DNA of 64,000 nucleotides from an uncultured delta proteobacterium (lineage in GTDB: Bacteria; Desulfobacterota; Binatia; Binatales; Binataceae), in NCBI GenBank assembly GCA_963793115.1, contig CAWBYV010000013.1, forward strand, positions 82,611 to 146,610, written 5' to 3'. The position numbers and the translations under genes are program-made. How positions within the stretch are numbered: position 1 is the first letter of the stretch; the number at the start of each line of letters is the position of its first letter. The notes beneath the pieces were generated by a model. It searched no databases, was not told the origin of the DNA, and saw nothing but the letters and a program-made list of their open reading frames with translations. Shown here in pieces: positions 10,766 through 20,026 of the stretch.

Positions 10766-11061
10766 CGCGCCGAGGCGCTGTCGTGGCGCTCGCCTCGATG
10801 GCGCTCGCGATGCTGTGGTCTTGCGCCGTTGCCCCACCGAATCCGCCAGCTCGCCCCGTGATGGTCAACGTGCCGGTTCCCACGCCCGTTTATTGCGATG
10901 CTCCCGAGCTTCAAAAGCCCGCGCTCGCGCTTGCGGCACTCACGCCCGACTCGCCGCCGGCGGACACGATCCGAGCTTACGCGGCCAGCGTCGAACTGCT
11001 GAAGGGCGCGGTGATCGAGCGCGACAAGATTATCGACGGCTGCCGCCGCCCGCCGCGGTAG
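10759..11061 (+). CDS. Outer-membrane spanin lipoprotein (Rz1-like)
   Basis: ATG 10759, lipobox LWSC, Pro-rich N-terminus (VNVPVPTPVYC), C-terminal Cys. 7-nt overlap with the Rz-like gene. Confidence 0.7.
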   Translation: MVTRRGAVVALASMALAMLWSCAVAPPNPPARPVMVNVPVPTPVYCDAPELQKPALALAALTPDSPPADTIRAYAASVELLKGAVIERDKIIDGCRRPPR

Positions 11062-11080
11062 CGATCTTCGCGGACCGGCC

Positions 11081-11105
11081 GCACTTCAAGTAACACTTGA
11101 ATTGC
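11081..11105. terminator. Inverted repeat TTCAAG-N5-CTTGAA after the lysis cassette (terminator or operator)
   Basis: GCACTTCAAG-TAACA-CTTGAATTGC stem. No clear U-tract. Confidence 0.3.
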
Positions 11106-11159
11106 GCTCATACTGGGCCGGGTCCTTGCAGGCACGGTCGAACCGGCGCCCGCGTCGCG

Positions 11160-11165
11160 TATAAT
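11160..11165 (+). promoter_or_regulatory. Perfect -10 box TATAAT, 11 nt upstream of the purN ATG
   Basis: Consensus hexamer. No SD between it and the ATG. Confidence 0.45.
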
Positions 11166-11176
11166 CGGTTTCGTCG

Positions 11177-11926
11177 ATGAAGCTCCGACTTGGATTACTC
11201 GCCTCTCACGGCGGCAGCAACCTGCAGGCGATTCTCGACGCTTGCCGTTCGGGACGACTGCACGCAGAGGCGCGGGTCGTCGTCTGCAACAACTCCGACG
11301 CACCGGCCCTGGAGCGCGCGCGGCGCGCCGGCGTGCCCGCTTATCATTTGAGCTCGCATACCCATCCGGGCTGCGGAGCGCTCGACGAGGCTATCGCGGC
11401 GACTCTCGAACGTCACCACGTCAACCTGATCGTGCTGGCCGGTTACATGAAAAAACTCGGCCCGATCACGCTCAAGCGATATCGCGGCCGCGTGCTCAAC
11501 ATCCATCCGGCGCTGCTGCCTAAGTTCGGCGGCCAGGGGCTGTACGGCAGGCGCGTGCACGAGGCAGTGCTCGCCGCGCGCGAGCCGGTATCGGGCGTGA
11601 CCGTGCATCTGGTGGACGAGGAATACGATCGCGGACCGATCGTCGCACAGCGCGAGGTGCCGGTGCTCCCCGATGACACCGTTGACACGCTCGCGCATCG
11701 CGTGCTCGGGGTCGAGCACGAGCTCTATGTGGACACGCTCGAGCGCATCGCGCGCGGCGAGATCAAGCTTCAGGGCCTTGCCGGTGAAGCGAACGGCTGT
11801 CACGGACGGGAGCGCGCAGCGATGAGGAGCAGGCAGAAGAACCTAACCCCTGCCCCCTTCCCTAAAGACGGGAAGGGGAACCGGCTGCGCTTCCCTTCCC
11901 GATTCGGGAAGGGACGGGAGGGTTAG
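11177..11926 (+). CDS. purN: Phosphoribosylglycinamide formyltransferase
   Basis: LASHGGSNLQAIL, VLAGYMK, NIHPALLPKFGG, GVTVHLVDEEYDRGPI. The C-terminal extension is read through a palindromic repeat doublet. Confidence 0.95.
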   Translation: MKLRLGLLASHGGSNLQAILDACRSGRLHAEARVVVCNNSDAPALERARRAGVPAYHLSSHTHPGCGALDEAIAATLERHHVNLIVLAGYMKKLGPITLKRYRGRVLNIHPALLPKFGGQGLYGRRVHEAVLAAREPVSGVTVHLVDEEYDRGPIVAQREVPVLPDDTVDTLAHRVLGVEHELYVDTLERIARGEIKLQGLAGEANGCHGRERAAMRSRQKNLTPAPFPKDGKGNRLRFPSRFGKGREG

Positions 11927-11927
11927 G
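11842..11927. repeat. Inverted doublet of REP-like palindromic units (CCTAACCC...CCCTTCCC-N-GGGAAGGG)
   Basis: Unit 1 at 11842-11878 forward, unit 2 at 11891-11927 reverse. Same family as 38647 and 46634. Confidence 0.75.
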
Positions 11928-11965
11928 TGGAAGCTGGCGATCTATTCCGATCATCAGGTGATGCC

Positions 11966-14469
11966 ATGAGGCTTACCTCGCCGGTAATCTACTTGCTAAT
12001 CGCCCTGGCAGGCATATCACCGGCAAATATATTACTGGCCAGCAACGCCGTGGCGCAGCCGTCCGCTGCAATGCTTCCCAACCAGGTCGCCGCGGTTTCG
12101 AGTCTGGTCACGGAATCCTGCACCGCGACTGCCGGAAATCCGGTGCTCGCCTGTGGCGCGACCGGCGATTTCGCGGTCGGGCAACCGACCTTCGCGCCGC
12201 TCGCCGCGGCGCCGAATACCTTGAACGCGGGGAACGGCGCCGGTGTCGGCCCGACGATCAGCGCGATCAATTACGTACGGCTTCCAGGCGGCGCCGGCGC
12301 GAAGAGCGGCTCGTCAACCTACTGTTACGCAATCACGACCTTCGACGGCCGCCTCGCCGAGAGCGCGCCCGGGCCGACGCGCTGCACCGGCGCGACCGAG
12401 CCCTCTCGACTTGGCGGCAATCAGTCCGAGCAGCCGGTATGGCCGATAGTCCCTGGCGCGACTCAGTACGGAATCTACGGATGTTCGGGCTCAGGCTGCA
12501 CACCACACCAGATCGGCACCTCGCTACAGATGACGGGGCTCACGGTATCGAGTGTCCTGAGCACTGGCTGGGAGGACTTCGGGCTGCCGGCCAGCACGCG
12601 CACCGCGCCGGGGACCGCTCTCAACGGTGTGCTCTATGCGACCGTCATCGGCATCACGCCGAATGTGAGTATCACGGTCAGCAACCCGCCTGCGATCAGC
12701 GGCTCGCTGAGTATCGCCCACGAAAATTGCGGCCCGATCAACACGACCCTGACTTCCTACTCCCCGCTGGGCGGAACGCTTTCATTGGTATCCGGCCCCT
12801 ATAGCTGCGCGCGGTTGCTCGACATCCCGGATGAAACCACACTTGCGGGGCAAGGCTGCTCGTATACCCAGTATCCCCAGAGCAACGGCAACAGTCCGGG
12901 TTACAACCACGGCCCTTCAATTATCTGGGGCGGCCCTGACGGTGTCATCACGGCGCGTGAGTGGACCGGCGAGAACGAGCACTCCGACTGCATCAACTAC
13001 AATGCGAACACGGTGAACCTGACGGCAACCGCGTCGGCTGCGATCACGCAGATGGTCGTCGATGCCGACGATCTTCCTCCTCCGGCGCCGGGAGGAAAGC
13101 TGGGTGGAAATAACTTTGCCCGCGTCCAGGGCGGTTTCTACGGCGGCTACGTGGAGTGCGGGCCGGCGGCAACGTCACGATCAACGGCTCATTTCCGCAA
13201 ACCGATGTCAGCAACCCTACCTTCAAGAACCTGGTGTTTTATAGCGCAAGCCCAAGCTATGAGATGGAGATATTGTCGGCTCAGGGCGGCTGGCAGAACG
13301 AGATCGATCACGCAACTTTCCTGGGGGGTGCCCAAGGCTTAGATACCGAGAACGCCGCCGGGGGCATCGAGGTTGATAACTCCGACTTCAGTTGTCCTGG
13401 CGGCGGCAACGCGATTCGGCTCGACTCCGGCGCGATGACCATAATCAGGAACACGACCGTTCAGGGTTCCTGCACCTGGAACCTGCTGACTGCCTCAACA
13501 TCGGCTCCTAATTCTGATCAGAACGCAGTAGCACTTCTGGAGGGCAATACATTCATCGGCTCAGGAGGTATCAAGCTCGACGCGCCGGGTCTGGTACTAT
13601 CCATTGGCAACTTCGGTCAAAACTCGCTCTGGGAGACCGACTCGCCACAAGCCACGGTCCTAAGCCTTGGCGACAACAACCCTGGGCCTGCCAGCGTGGG
13701 GAATCAGTCGTTGTCCCCTTGGACGACGGATTCCAAGGGCGGCTCGGTAATTTATCTCAAAAATCTTGTGAGCGCCATAAATTTTGCGCTCAACCCAAAC
13801 CGGATCGAAATCGATCCGTCGTTGCAGACGATGGGTATATTTGGTGCGGCAATCGACTTCATGCCGTGGTCAGCCGGGGCTGGTTATCGCCAGCCGTTTC
13901 GAATCGCAGTAGACTACAGCAGTACTCCGAATACCCTCTCGATTATTCCCGGCTCACAGCAGCTAGTAGACTGGCAGCCCAACCACTCTTACAACACCGC
14001 ATGTATCACACCAAGGTATGCGGGGACCTCCAACGGTCTTTATGTGTGGTGCGAGGCCGGGCCATGCGTCAGCGCCAGCCTTGCGAACGCGCAGCCATGG
14101 AATGGCTTAACCGTAACTGAAGGCACCTGCACCTGGACAAATCGGGGACAGATCTTCCCGGCTGGCAGGGGTAACGGCTTGGTCCTCTCGAACACCGGCC
14201 TCTACCAGGATGGCGGCGCAGTCAAGCACGGCACCGTCACGACCGGCGCGATCGAGGCGAGCTCGACCGCGACCGTGACGCTGAATTGGACCACTGCCTT
14301 TCCCGATACCAACTACACGCCGGATTGCTCCGTGATCGATACCGGAGGCAATCTCACGCTGGTCGATATCAACGGATGGAGCGCCGGCTCGCTCACCGCG
14401 GCGGTGAAGAATAACGATAGCGGCAACCGGCACACCGGCACGCTCGCCTGTCACGCCTTCCATAACTGA
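11966..14469 (+). CDS. Large secreted protein, tailspike/right-handed beta-helix-like (frameshift ~13155)
   Basis: Sec-type signal MRLTSPVIYLLIALAG. Pectate_lyase_3-like GGTLSLVSGPY...DIPDETTLAGQG, Asn/Gly-rich beta-helix-like rungs, WQPNHSY motif, C-terminal VTLNWTTAFPDTNY tail-fibre/H-lectin-like domain. Confidence 0.55.
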
Positions 14470-14510
14470 CGTGAGTCCCGTGAGGCGCTGTCCGATGTTG
14501 CGCTTGAGAA

Positions 14511-14590
14511 GTCCCGCCTGATGCGCTACGTAGAGCCACGGCTCTGCATCCGCCGCCGACGCGGCGGACGGGGCGGCGCAAGGCGGGGAC
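14511..14590. repeat. Structured intergenic element (GTAG-type REP-like, multi-hairpin)
   Basis: Outer stem GTCCCGCC/GGCGGGGAC encloses GTAGAGC-CACG-GCTCTGC and TCCGCCGC-CGAC-GCGGCGGA hairpins. Confidence 0.45.
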
Positions 14591-14648
14591 AGTCGGCACG
14601 CCAACACCCCGGTTCGGGTTTTTGGGACGATAGTGGAGGAAGACCAGC

Positions 14649-15473
14649 ATGGATTCGCGAGCGCCGGATGGCCACGGCGGAAAGCCTGAGACAGGGCTTC
14701 TGACCGCAAATGGCAACTCCGGGACGGGATCGGCGAGCATCCGGCCGCATCCGATTAGAAACACGCTGCTCAAGTCGCCCCATTCGTATCGCGGGCGGCT
14801 GATCGCAGTGGAAGGAATCGACGGCTCGGGCAAGTCCACGCAGCTCGGCCTGCTCGATCGATGGCTGCGCGCGCACGGCCATCCGGTTCATTTCACGCAG
14901 TGGAACTCGTCCCGCCTGGTGCGGCGCTCGATGCAGCGCGGCAAGCGCAAGAACCTGCTCACGCCGACCACCTTCAGCCTGCTGCACGCGGTCAACTTCG
15001 CCGATCGGCTGACCTACCAGATCCTGCCGCCGCTCAAGGCGGGAATGATTGTGCTCGCCGACCGCTATGTATACACGGCGTTCGCGCGCGACGTCGCCCG
15101 CGGCGTGCATCCCGAATGGGTCCGCCAGGTCTACGCTTTCGCCCCCCGGCCGGACCTGACCATCTACTTCCGGGTGCCGATCGAAGTGTCGCTGGAGCGC
15201 CTGCTGGCCGGCCGGGCCAAGCTCAAGTATCACGAGGCTGGGATGGACGTCGGACTTTCGAGCGACCCGGTCGAGAGCTTTCGCCTGTTTCAGAACCGGG
15301 TGCTCGAGATCTACGGCGCGCTCGCCGAGGAGTTCGGGCTGAACACGATCGAAGCGACCGGCGACATCCCCGCGCAGCAGAGGATCGTCCGCCGGATGGT
15401 TCAGGAGGTGCTGCGCGACTACCAGCAGCCGCGCACGCGCGCAGGCCACGATCATGACGCTCAAGCGAAATAA
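14649..15473 (+). CDS. Thymidylate kinase-like protein 1
   Basis: EGIDGSGKST P-loop, ADRYVYT, PRPDLTIYF. GGAGGA RBS. Confidence 0.88.
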   Translation: MDSRAPDGHGGKPETGLLTANGNSGTGSASIRPHPIRNTLLKSPHSYRGRLIAVEGIDGSGKSTQLGLLDRWLRAHGHPVHFTQWNSSRLVRRSMQRGKRKNLLTPTTFSLLHAVNFADRLTYQILPPLKAGMIVLADRYVYTAFARDVARGVHPEWVRQVYAFAPRPDLTIYFRVPIEVSLERLLAGRAKLKYHEAGMDVGLSSDPVESFRLFQNRVLEIYGALAEEFGLNTIEATGDIPAQQRIVRRMVQEVLRDYQQPRTRAGHDHDAQAK

Positions 15474-16275
15474 CAACTGGTTCGGACATGGCCTGCCCTA
15501 TCTGGCGCGCAAGCCGCTGCCGGGCCACCTGATCGCGATCGAGGGCACCGACGGCGTCGGCCGCTCGACTCAGATCGCGCTGCTGCGGCCGTGGCTGGAG
15601 CTCGAGGGCTATGCGGTCAGCGACACCGGATGGATCCGCTCACCGTTGCTGTCCGAAACCATCAACGAGGCCAAGCAGGGCCATCGCCTCACCGTCACGA
15701 CCTTCAGCCTGCTCTACGCCGCGGACTTTGCCGATCGGCTCGAACACGAAATTCTGCCCGCGCTACAGGCCGGCTTCATCGTGATCGCCGATCGCTACAT
15801 GTACACCGCGTTTGCGCGCAACGCCGTGATGGGCGCCGATCCGGCCTGGACGCGCGATCTGTTCGGGATGGCGCTGGTGCCCGATCTCGTACTCTATCTG
15901 CAAGTTGACGTGGATGATCTGGTACCTCGCGTCGTGCAGGGCAAGGGGATGGACTACTGGGAGTCCGGGATGCATCTCGCCTTGGGCTCGGACATCTTCG
16001 ACTCGTTTCTCCATTACCAGCGCGGGCTGATCGGCGAGTACGACCGGCTGGCCGAAGAATGGGGTTTCGTCACGGTCGATGCGCGCCGGTCGATCGAGGA
16101 TATCCAAAGCGAGTTGCGGTCCCATATCGCGGACTATCTCCAGCGCCGCGGACGTGAATCAGGCAAATCGGCCGAAGCGGCCAAATCGGGCGAATCAGCC
16201 AAGTCAGCCGAGTCAGCCGAATCAGAAGGTCCGGCCCACAACGGCTCCGCCGCTCCGGACGGCCAGAAAACCTAG
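15454..16275 (+). CDS. Thymidylate kinase-like protein 2
   Basis: EGTDGVGRST (P-loop K to R), ADRYMYT, PDLVLYL. Overlaps TMK1. Low-complexity ESA/KSA tail. Confidence 0.88.
   Translation: MTLKRNNNWFGHGLPYLARKPLPGHLIAIEGTDGVGRSTQIALLRPWLELEGYAVSDTGWIRSPLLSETINEAKQGHRLTVTTFSLLYAADFADRLEHEILPALQAGFIVIADRYMYTAFARNAVMGADPAWTRDLFGMALVPDLVLYLQVDVDDLVPRVVQGKGMDYWESGMHLALGSDIFDSFLHYQRGLIGEYDRLAEEWGFVTVDARRSIEDIQSELRSHIADYLQRRGRESGKSAEAAKSGESAKSAESAESEGPAHNGSAAPDGQKT
16156..16227 (+). repeat. Degenerate 9-bp tandem repeat encoding an ESG-KSA-EAA-KSG-ESA tail
   Basis: GAATCAGCC/AAGTCAGCC/GAGTCAGCC units. Confidence 0.55.
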
Positions 16276-16365
16276 CGCCACCCCTTTCCTACTGCTCCCG
16301 CTGACCGGGGAAAGGCTGGCCAGGATCTGCATCGGCAAGTTGCGCCACTGCGCCGGTGTCGGTAG

Positions 16366-17460
16366 CTACCGGTGCGGGGGCCTGCTGATCTCCGATCGCG
16401 CGCAATACTTTTCCACCCAGCGCTCGATCCGAGGCGATCGCGCTCTCGCTTCGCTGAGGATCTTAATCGTCGCCGCGCGCTCGATCTCCTGCTCCCTCGC
16501 AATCCGGCGCAGCACAAGACTCACCGGGCGCGGATCGCGAATCAGCAGGTCGGGATTGGCCAGCACCTTCGCCGCCAGCAGGGCGCATTGATCGCGATCG
16601 TGCAGTCCCCCAAGTCCGTCCTGAAGCGATTTCAGAAACTTGAGCGGCAGATCGCAATCGGCGGCGCCGAGATCGCGCGCCAGCTCGATTCGATAGCGCA
16701 GCCGCTTGCTTTCGATCCGGAAGGCGTGCAAGTCGGCCGGGTCGGAACTCGCCTCGGCACGCGCCATAAAATCGCGCCATCGATGCCACGCACCGGAGAT
16801 CGATTTGGCGAGCACGCCGGCCGCGCCCTCCGCTCCCGCGCCGTTGCCCGCTGCACCTTGATGCGGCCCCGGCTCCGTCAGCTTTCCGGCGTCCAGCTCT
16901 GCGCCAGCCAGCTTTCCGGCCAGTTTTCCGACATCTTGGGCCAGCGTGAAAAGCCGGTGGTTCGCGAGCTTGCGCAGGGCCCGCCGCAGTTCGCGCTCGC
17001 GCCGTTTTCTGGCCGAGTCCAGAACCGTCTCCCATACGGACTGTTCTTGCGGATTTCGGAGGCGCTTGACGCGCTTTTCCAGCATCCCGATCAGAACGTC
17101 GCAGTCGCGCCATCCGCCGACCGCACGCCGCGCACGCTGCAACACGCGCACGATCCGGCGCGCCTCGTCGGAGCGCGGCTTGGGGAACATCGTGACCAGC
17201 ACCTGCTGCAGGCGGCGGCTGGCGACGCGCAGATCGTGAACCGCCTCCGAATCATTCTCGCCGAGCAGCCTGGGCAGCACGACCACGAACCTGTGCAGCC
17301 GCTTGCCCATAAGATCGCGCAACTCGGAAGCGCCGGCGGTGTCCGCGCCACGACTCGCGCTGGCGCCGGGCGGCGTTTCGCCCGGCCCACGATGCGGCCT
17401 CTGCGCGAGCGCTTTGCTTCTCGATACGGGACTGTTTCTCGATGTCGGACTGTTCTTCAA
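16366..17460 (-). CDS. CHAD domain protein (polyphosphate-binding)
   Basis: VHDLRVASRRL, RDCDV, LHAFRIESKRLRYRIE, LQDGLGGLHD. Confidence 0.9.
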   Translation of the reverse strand: MKNSPTSRNSPVSRSKALAQRPHRGPGETPPGASASRGADTAGASELRDLMGKRLHRFVVVLPRLLGENDSEAVHDLRVASRRLQQVLVTMFPKPRSDEARRIVRVLQRARRAVGGWRDCDVLIGMLEKRVKRLRNPQEQSVWETVLDSARKRRERELRRALRKLANHRLFTLAQDVGKLAGKLAGAELDAGKLTEPGPHQGAAGNGAGAEGAAGVLAKSISGAWHRWRDFMARAEASSDPADLHAFRIESKRLRYRIELARDLGAADCDLPLKFLKSLQDGLGGLHDRDQCALLAAKVLANPDLLIRDPRPVSLVLRRIAREQEIERAATIKILSEARARSPRIERWVEKYCARSEISRPPHR

Positions 17461-17618
17461 GGACGCGCACCCTCCGAACCGTAGCGCCGGCCTCCGTGCC
17501 GGTGCTCGCGCCTCGCCCGTAAGCTTAGCACAGGATTGGTTTTCAGGGTCGCAAAGCCCTATGCTTCAGCCAATCAACGCGGAGGACGCACACGCAGAAG
17601 GTTCGTACAGGTAGTCCG

Positions 17619-18377
17619 ATGGCAGATCGAAATCGCGCTCCCACGGCCGCCACGCAGGCGCGCAAGTCGTCGCCGCGCACGCTGGCGATCGACATAGGCG
17701 GCACCGGAATCAAGGCCATCACGCTCGACGGCAAGGGCAAGGCGATCACGCAGCGCAGCCCTCTCCCAACGCCCAGGCCGGCCACTCCCAAGGCGGTCCT
17801 CGACGCGATCGCGAAGCTCGCCTCCGTACAGGGTCGCTTCGACCGCGTTTCGGTCGGCTTTCCCGGAGTGGTCAAGAACGGCGCGGTATACACCGCGCCC
17901 AACCTGGGCAAGGGATGGAACAACTACCCGTTCGAGAAGGCGTTGACCAAAAGACTCGGCCGTCCCGTGCGGCTCGCCAACGACGCCGACGTTCAGGGCC
18001 TTGGATGCATCAGCGGTCACGGGCTCGAGCTGGTAATCACGCTCGGCACCGGCTTCGGCTCGGTGTTGTTCATCGACGGGCGCCGGATTCACATGGAGAT
18101 CGCGCATCATCCGTTTCGCAAGGGCAGGACCTATGAAGACGACCTCGGCGATGCAGCGCTCAGGAAGAAAGGCAAGAAAAAATGGAACAAGCGCCTGGGC
18201 GAAGCGATCGAGGATCTGAAAAATACCTTCAACTACGATCGGCTCTATATCGGCGGGGGCAATTCGAAGTTCATCAACTTGAAGCTGCCCCCCAACACCA
18301 GAATCGTCAGCAACCTGGAAGGGCTGCTGGGCGGAATCGCGCTCTGGCGCGAGCCTGCCGGCGCCAACCCGGCGTGA
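17619..18377 (+). CDS. ppgK: ROK family kinase, polyphosphate glucokinase-like
   Basis: IDIGGTGIKA, VGFPGVV, NDADVQGLG, TLGTGFGS, HMEIAH. Confidence 0.8.
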   Translation: MADRNRAPTAATQARKSSPRTLAIDIGGTGIKAITLDGKGKAITQRSPLPTPRPATPKAVLDAIAKLASVQGRFDRVSVGFPGVVKNGAVYTAPNLGKGWNNYPFEKALTKRLGRPVRLANDADVQGLGCISGHGLELVITLGTGFGSVLFIDGRRIHMEIAHHPFRKGRTYEDDLGDAALRKKGKKKWNKRLGEAIEDLKNTFNYDRLYIGGGNSKFINLKLPPNTRIVSNLEGLLGGIALWREPAGANPA

Positions 18378-18392
18378 GCGCGATGTGCGCGG

Positions 18393-18800
18393 TCAGGACA
18401 GTTGCGCTTTGCGGCGGCGCAACAGGATCGCCGTGCCCCACGACACTGCGAGCGCGATCACGATATACACGAGGCCGAAGATCATCTGGCCCGTATTCGC
18501 CGGCCGCGGGTTCCTGGCGCTGAACATCACCAGGTTGATAACCACGTAAGTGGCATACGCGTATGCCATCGGGAGCGCGTAGCGCCTCATCCGCCAGATG
18601 CCCGCCGCGTAGACCAGAATGAAAATCCCGAACAGCGGCCCGGCGATCGCGTTGGGCACGCCGCCCAGACGCGTGCCGAGAAACACGAACCCGGTATCTG
18701 CGCCTTCCAGCTTGAACGGTTTCAGCAAGTCCGTGACCGCGAGGATCGCGAACAACACCGCGGCCGTGGCCAGCACCCCGCCACGCTTGTCCTGGTTCAT
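18393..18800 (-). CDS. Hypothetical membrane protein (about 4 TM)
   Basis: 135 aa, hydrophobic helices, GGAGGG RBS. Confidence 0.7.
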   Translation of the reverse strand: MNQDKRGGVLATAAVLFAILAVTDLLKPFKLEGADTGFVFLGTRLGGVPNAIAGPLFGIFILVYAAGIWRMRRYALPMAYAYATYVVINLVMFSARNPRPANTGQMIFGLVYIVIALAVSWGTAILLRRRKAQLS

Positions 18801-19020
18801 TTGCCCTCCCTGGCCAACGCTCGGCGCAGGCCGCCCGGCATTCCTGAACGCACGCCCGATCGCTCGACACTTCTAATCGCACGAGTATCGGGCCGGTTCA
18901 ACCGTCGCTGCGCGGCATCCTCGGGGTCAGGCCCAGCGGCCGGTCCTGTAACCAGCCATGAGAGGACATCACGCTCCTACAATAAGTTACTATCAAATAC
19001 TACTGGCTATTCGAGAGTGC

Positions 19021-19049
19021 TTGACATTTCGTCGCCATCTTTCTACACA
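19021..19049 (+). promoter_or_regulatory. Sigma70-like promoter for the XRE gene
   Basis: TTGACA-N17-TACACA in an AT-rich intergenic tract. The -10 match is weak. Confidence 0.4.
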
Positions 19050-19165
19050 CTGTATTATTCTCATCACTAGCCAGATGCGCCCATATGTCATATTCATTAA
19101 CCAACGGTAATTTGGGGCGGGCGGGCACTACACGCCAGCAGCTTCGTCCTGCAGGAGGGTCGCCA

Positions 19166-19678
19166 ATGTTGCCGGAACCGAAATCCTCAACGCGCCACGA
19201 GCAGGGCGCCGCGGGCGGGTTCGCCCAGAGCGCTTTTCGCGCTCCCGCGCGGAAGGCCGGGGAGAAGAGCCGCACCTTCGGCGACGTGATTCGCGAACGC
19301 CGCCGCCAGCTCGACCTGACTCAGGAGGAGGTGGCGCGCCAGATCAAGACCTCGATTCCCTATGTCGGCCATCTGGAGGCCAACAAGCGCCATGCGTCCG
19401 AAAGTATCGTAGCGCGCCTGGCGGACGTGCTGGGACTCGATGGGCGCGAGTTGTTCTTCCTCGCCAATCCCGGCGCCAAGGCGCTGCTCGACGAGAACCA
19501 TCGCAACGGACATTCGAGCTGGGAGGAATTCCGCCGGGACGAGCGCCTGCTGCGGGCCTTCGGCGTCACGCCGCTGGAGCTGGAGATGCTCTCGCAGGTG
19601 GCGCTGATGGGCGAGGTGCGCAGCGTGCGCGATTTCGTCTACATCCTCAATACCGTGCGCCAGGCGCTTTCACGGTGA
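19166..19678 (+). CDS. XRE-family HTH transcriptional regulator with a C-terminal helical domain
   Basis: FGDVIRERRRQLDLTQEEVARQI...YVGHLEANKR HTH_3 motif. AGGAGGG RBS before ATG 19166. Confidence 0.9.
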   Translation: MLPEPKSSTRHEQGAAGGFAQSAFRAPARKAGEKSRTFGDVIRERRRQLDLTQEEVARQIKTSIPYVGHLEANKRHASESIVARLADVLGLDGRELFFLANPGAKALLDENHRNGHSSWEEFRRDERLLRAFGVTPLELEMLSQVALMGEVRSVRDFVYILNTVRQALSR

Positions 19679-19771
19679 ACTCGCCGGCCGCCACGCCCGG
19701 TGGCTGGTCGCAGAGCCACGGAGCGCCGGCCGCCTACACGCGCAGGCAATAAACCGGGAGGAAAAGTTTCC

Positions 19772-19990
19772 ATGAAGGGCGATCGTCCGTTTCTCCCCGA
19801 CCACGAAATTGGCGCCGGCGAGCGCCGCAGGATGTGGGAAGAGTTCAGCAACGACCAGGAGTTGCTGAAACTCTACAACGTGAAGGCCGACGAGATGGAA
19901 TCCCTGAAGCAGGCGGCGTTGCTCGGCACCCTGCTCAACAAGCACGACTTCATCTTCATGCTCGGCATCATCCGCCGCAGCCACCGCTAG
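19772..19990 (+). CDS. 72-aa stand-alone paralog of the XRE C-terminal domain (candidate antirepressor)
   Basis: GGGAGGA RBS. WEEF...LL...V...E.E.L.Q.AL.G...DF...L...R aligns ungapped to the XRE C-terminus. Confidence 0.8.
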   Translation: MKGDRPFLPDHEIGAGERRRMWEEFSNDQELLKLYNVKADEMESLKQAALLGTLLNKHDFIFMLGIIRRSHR

Positions 19991-20026
19991 CGCGATTCCG
20001 GCCCCCGCTCCGCTGCCCGGACCCGC

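Noticed and set aside
11062-11176. ZMP/ZTP riboswitch upstream of purN
   Set aside because: Conserved ZTP aptamer segments not found, and a -10 box 11 nt from the ATG leaves no room for a leader.
9499-14469. Intact prophage or gene transfer agent
   Set aside because: No integrase, terminase, portal, capsid, tail tube or att repeat recognised, and purN sits in the middle.
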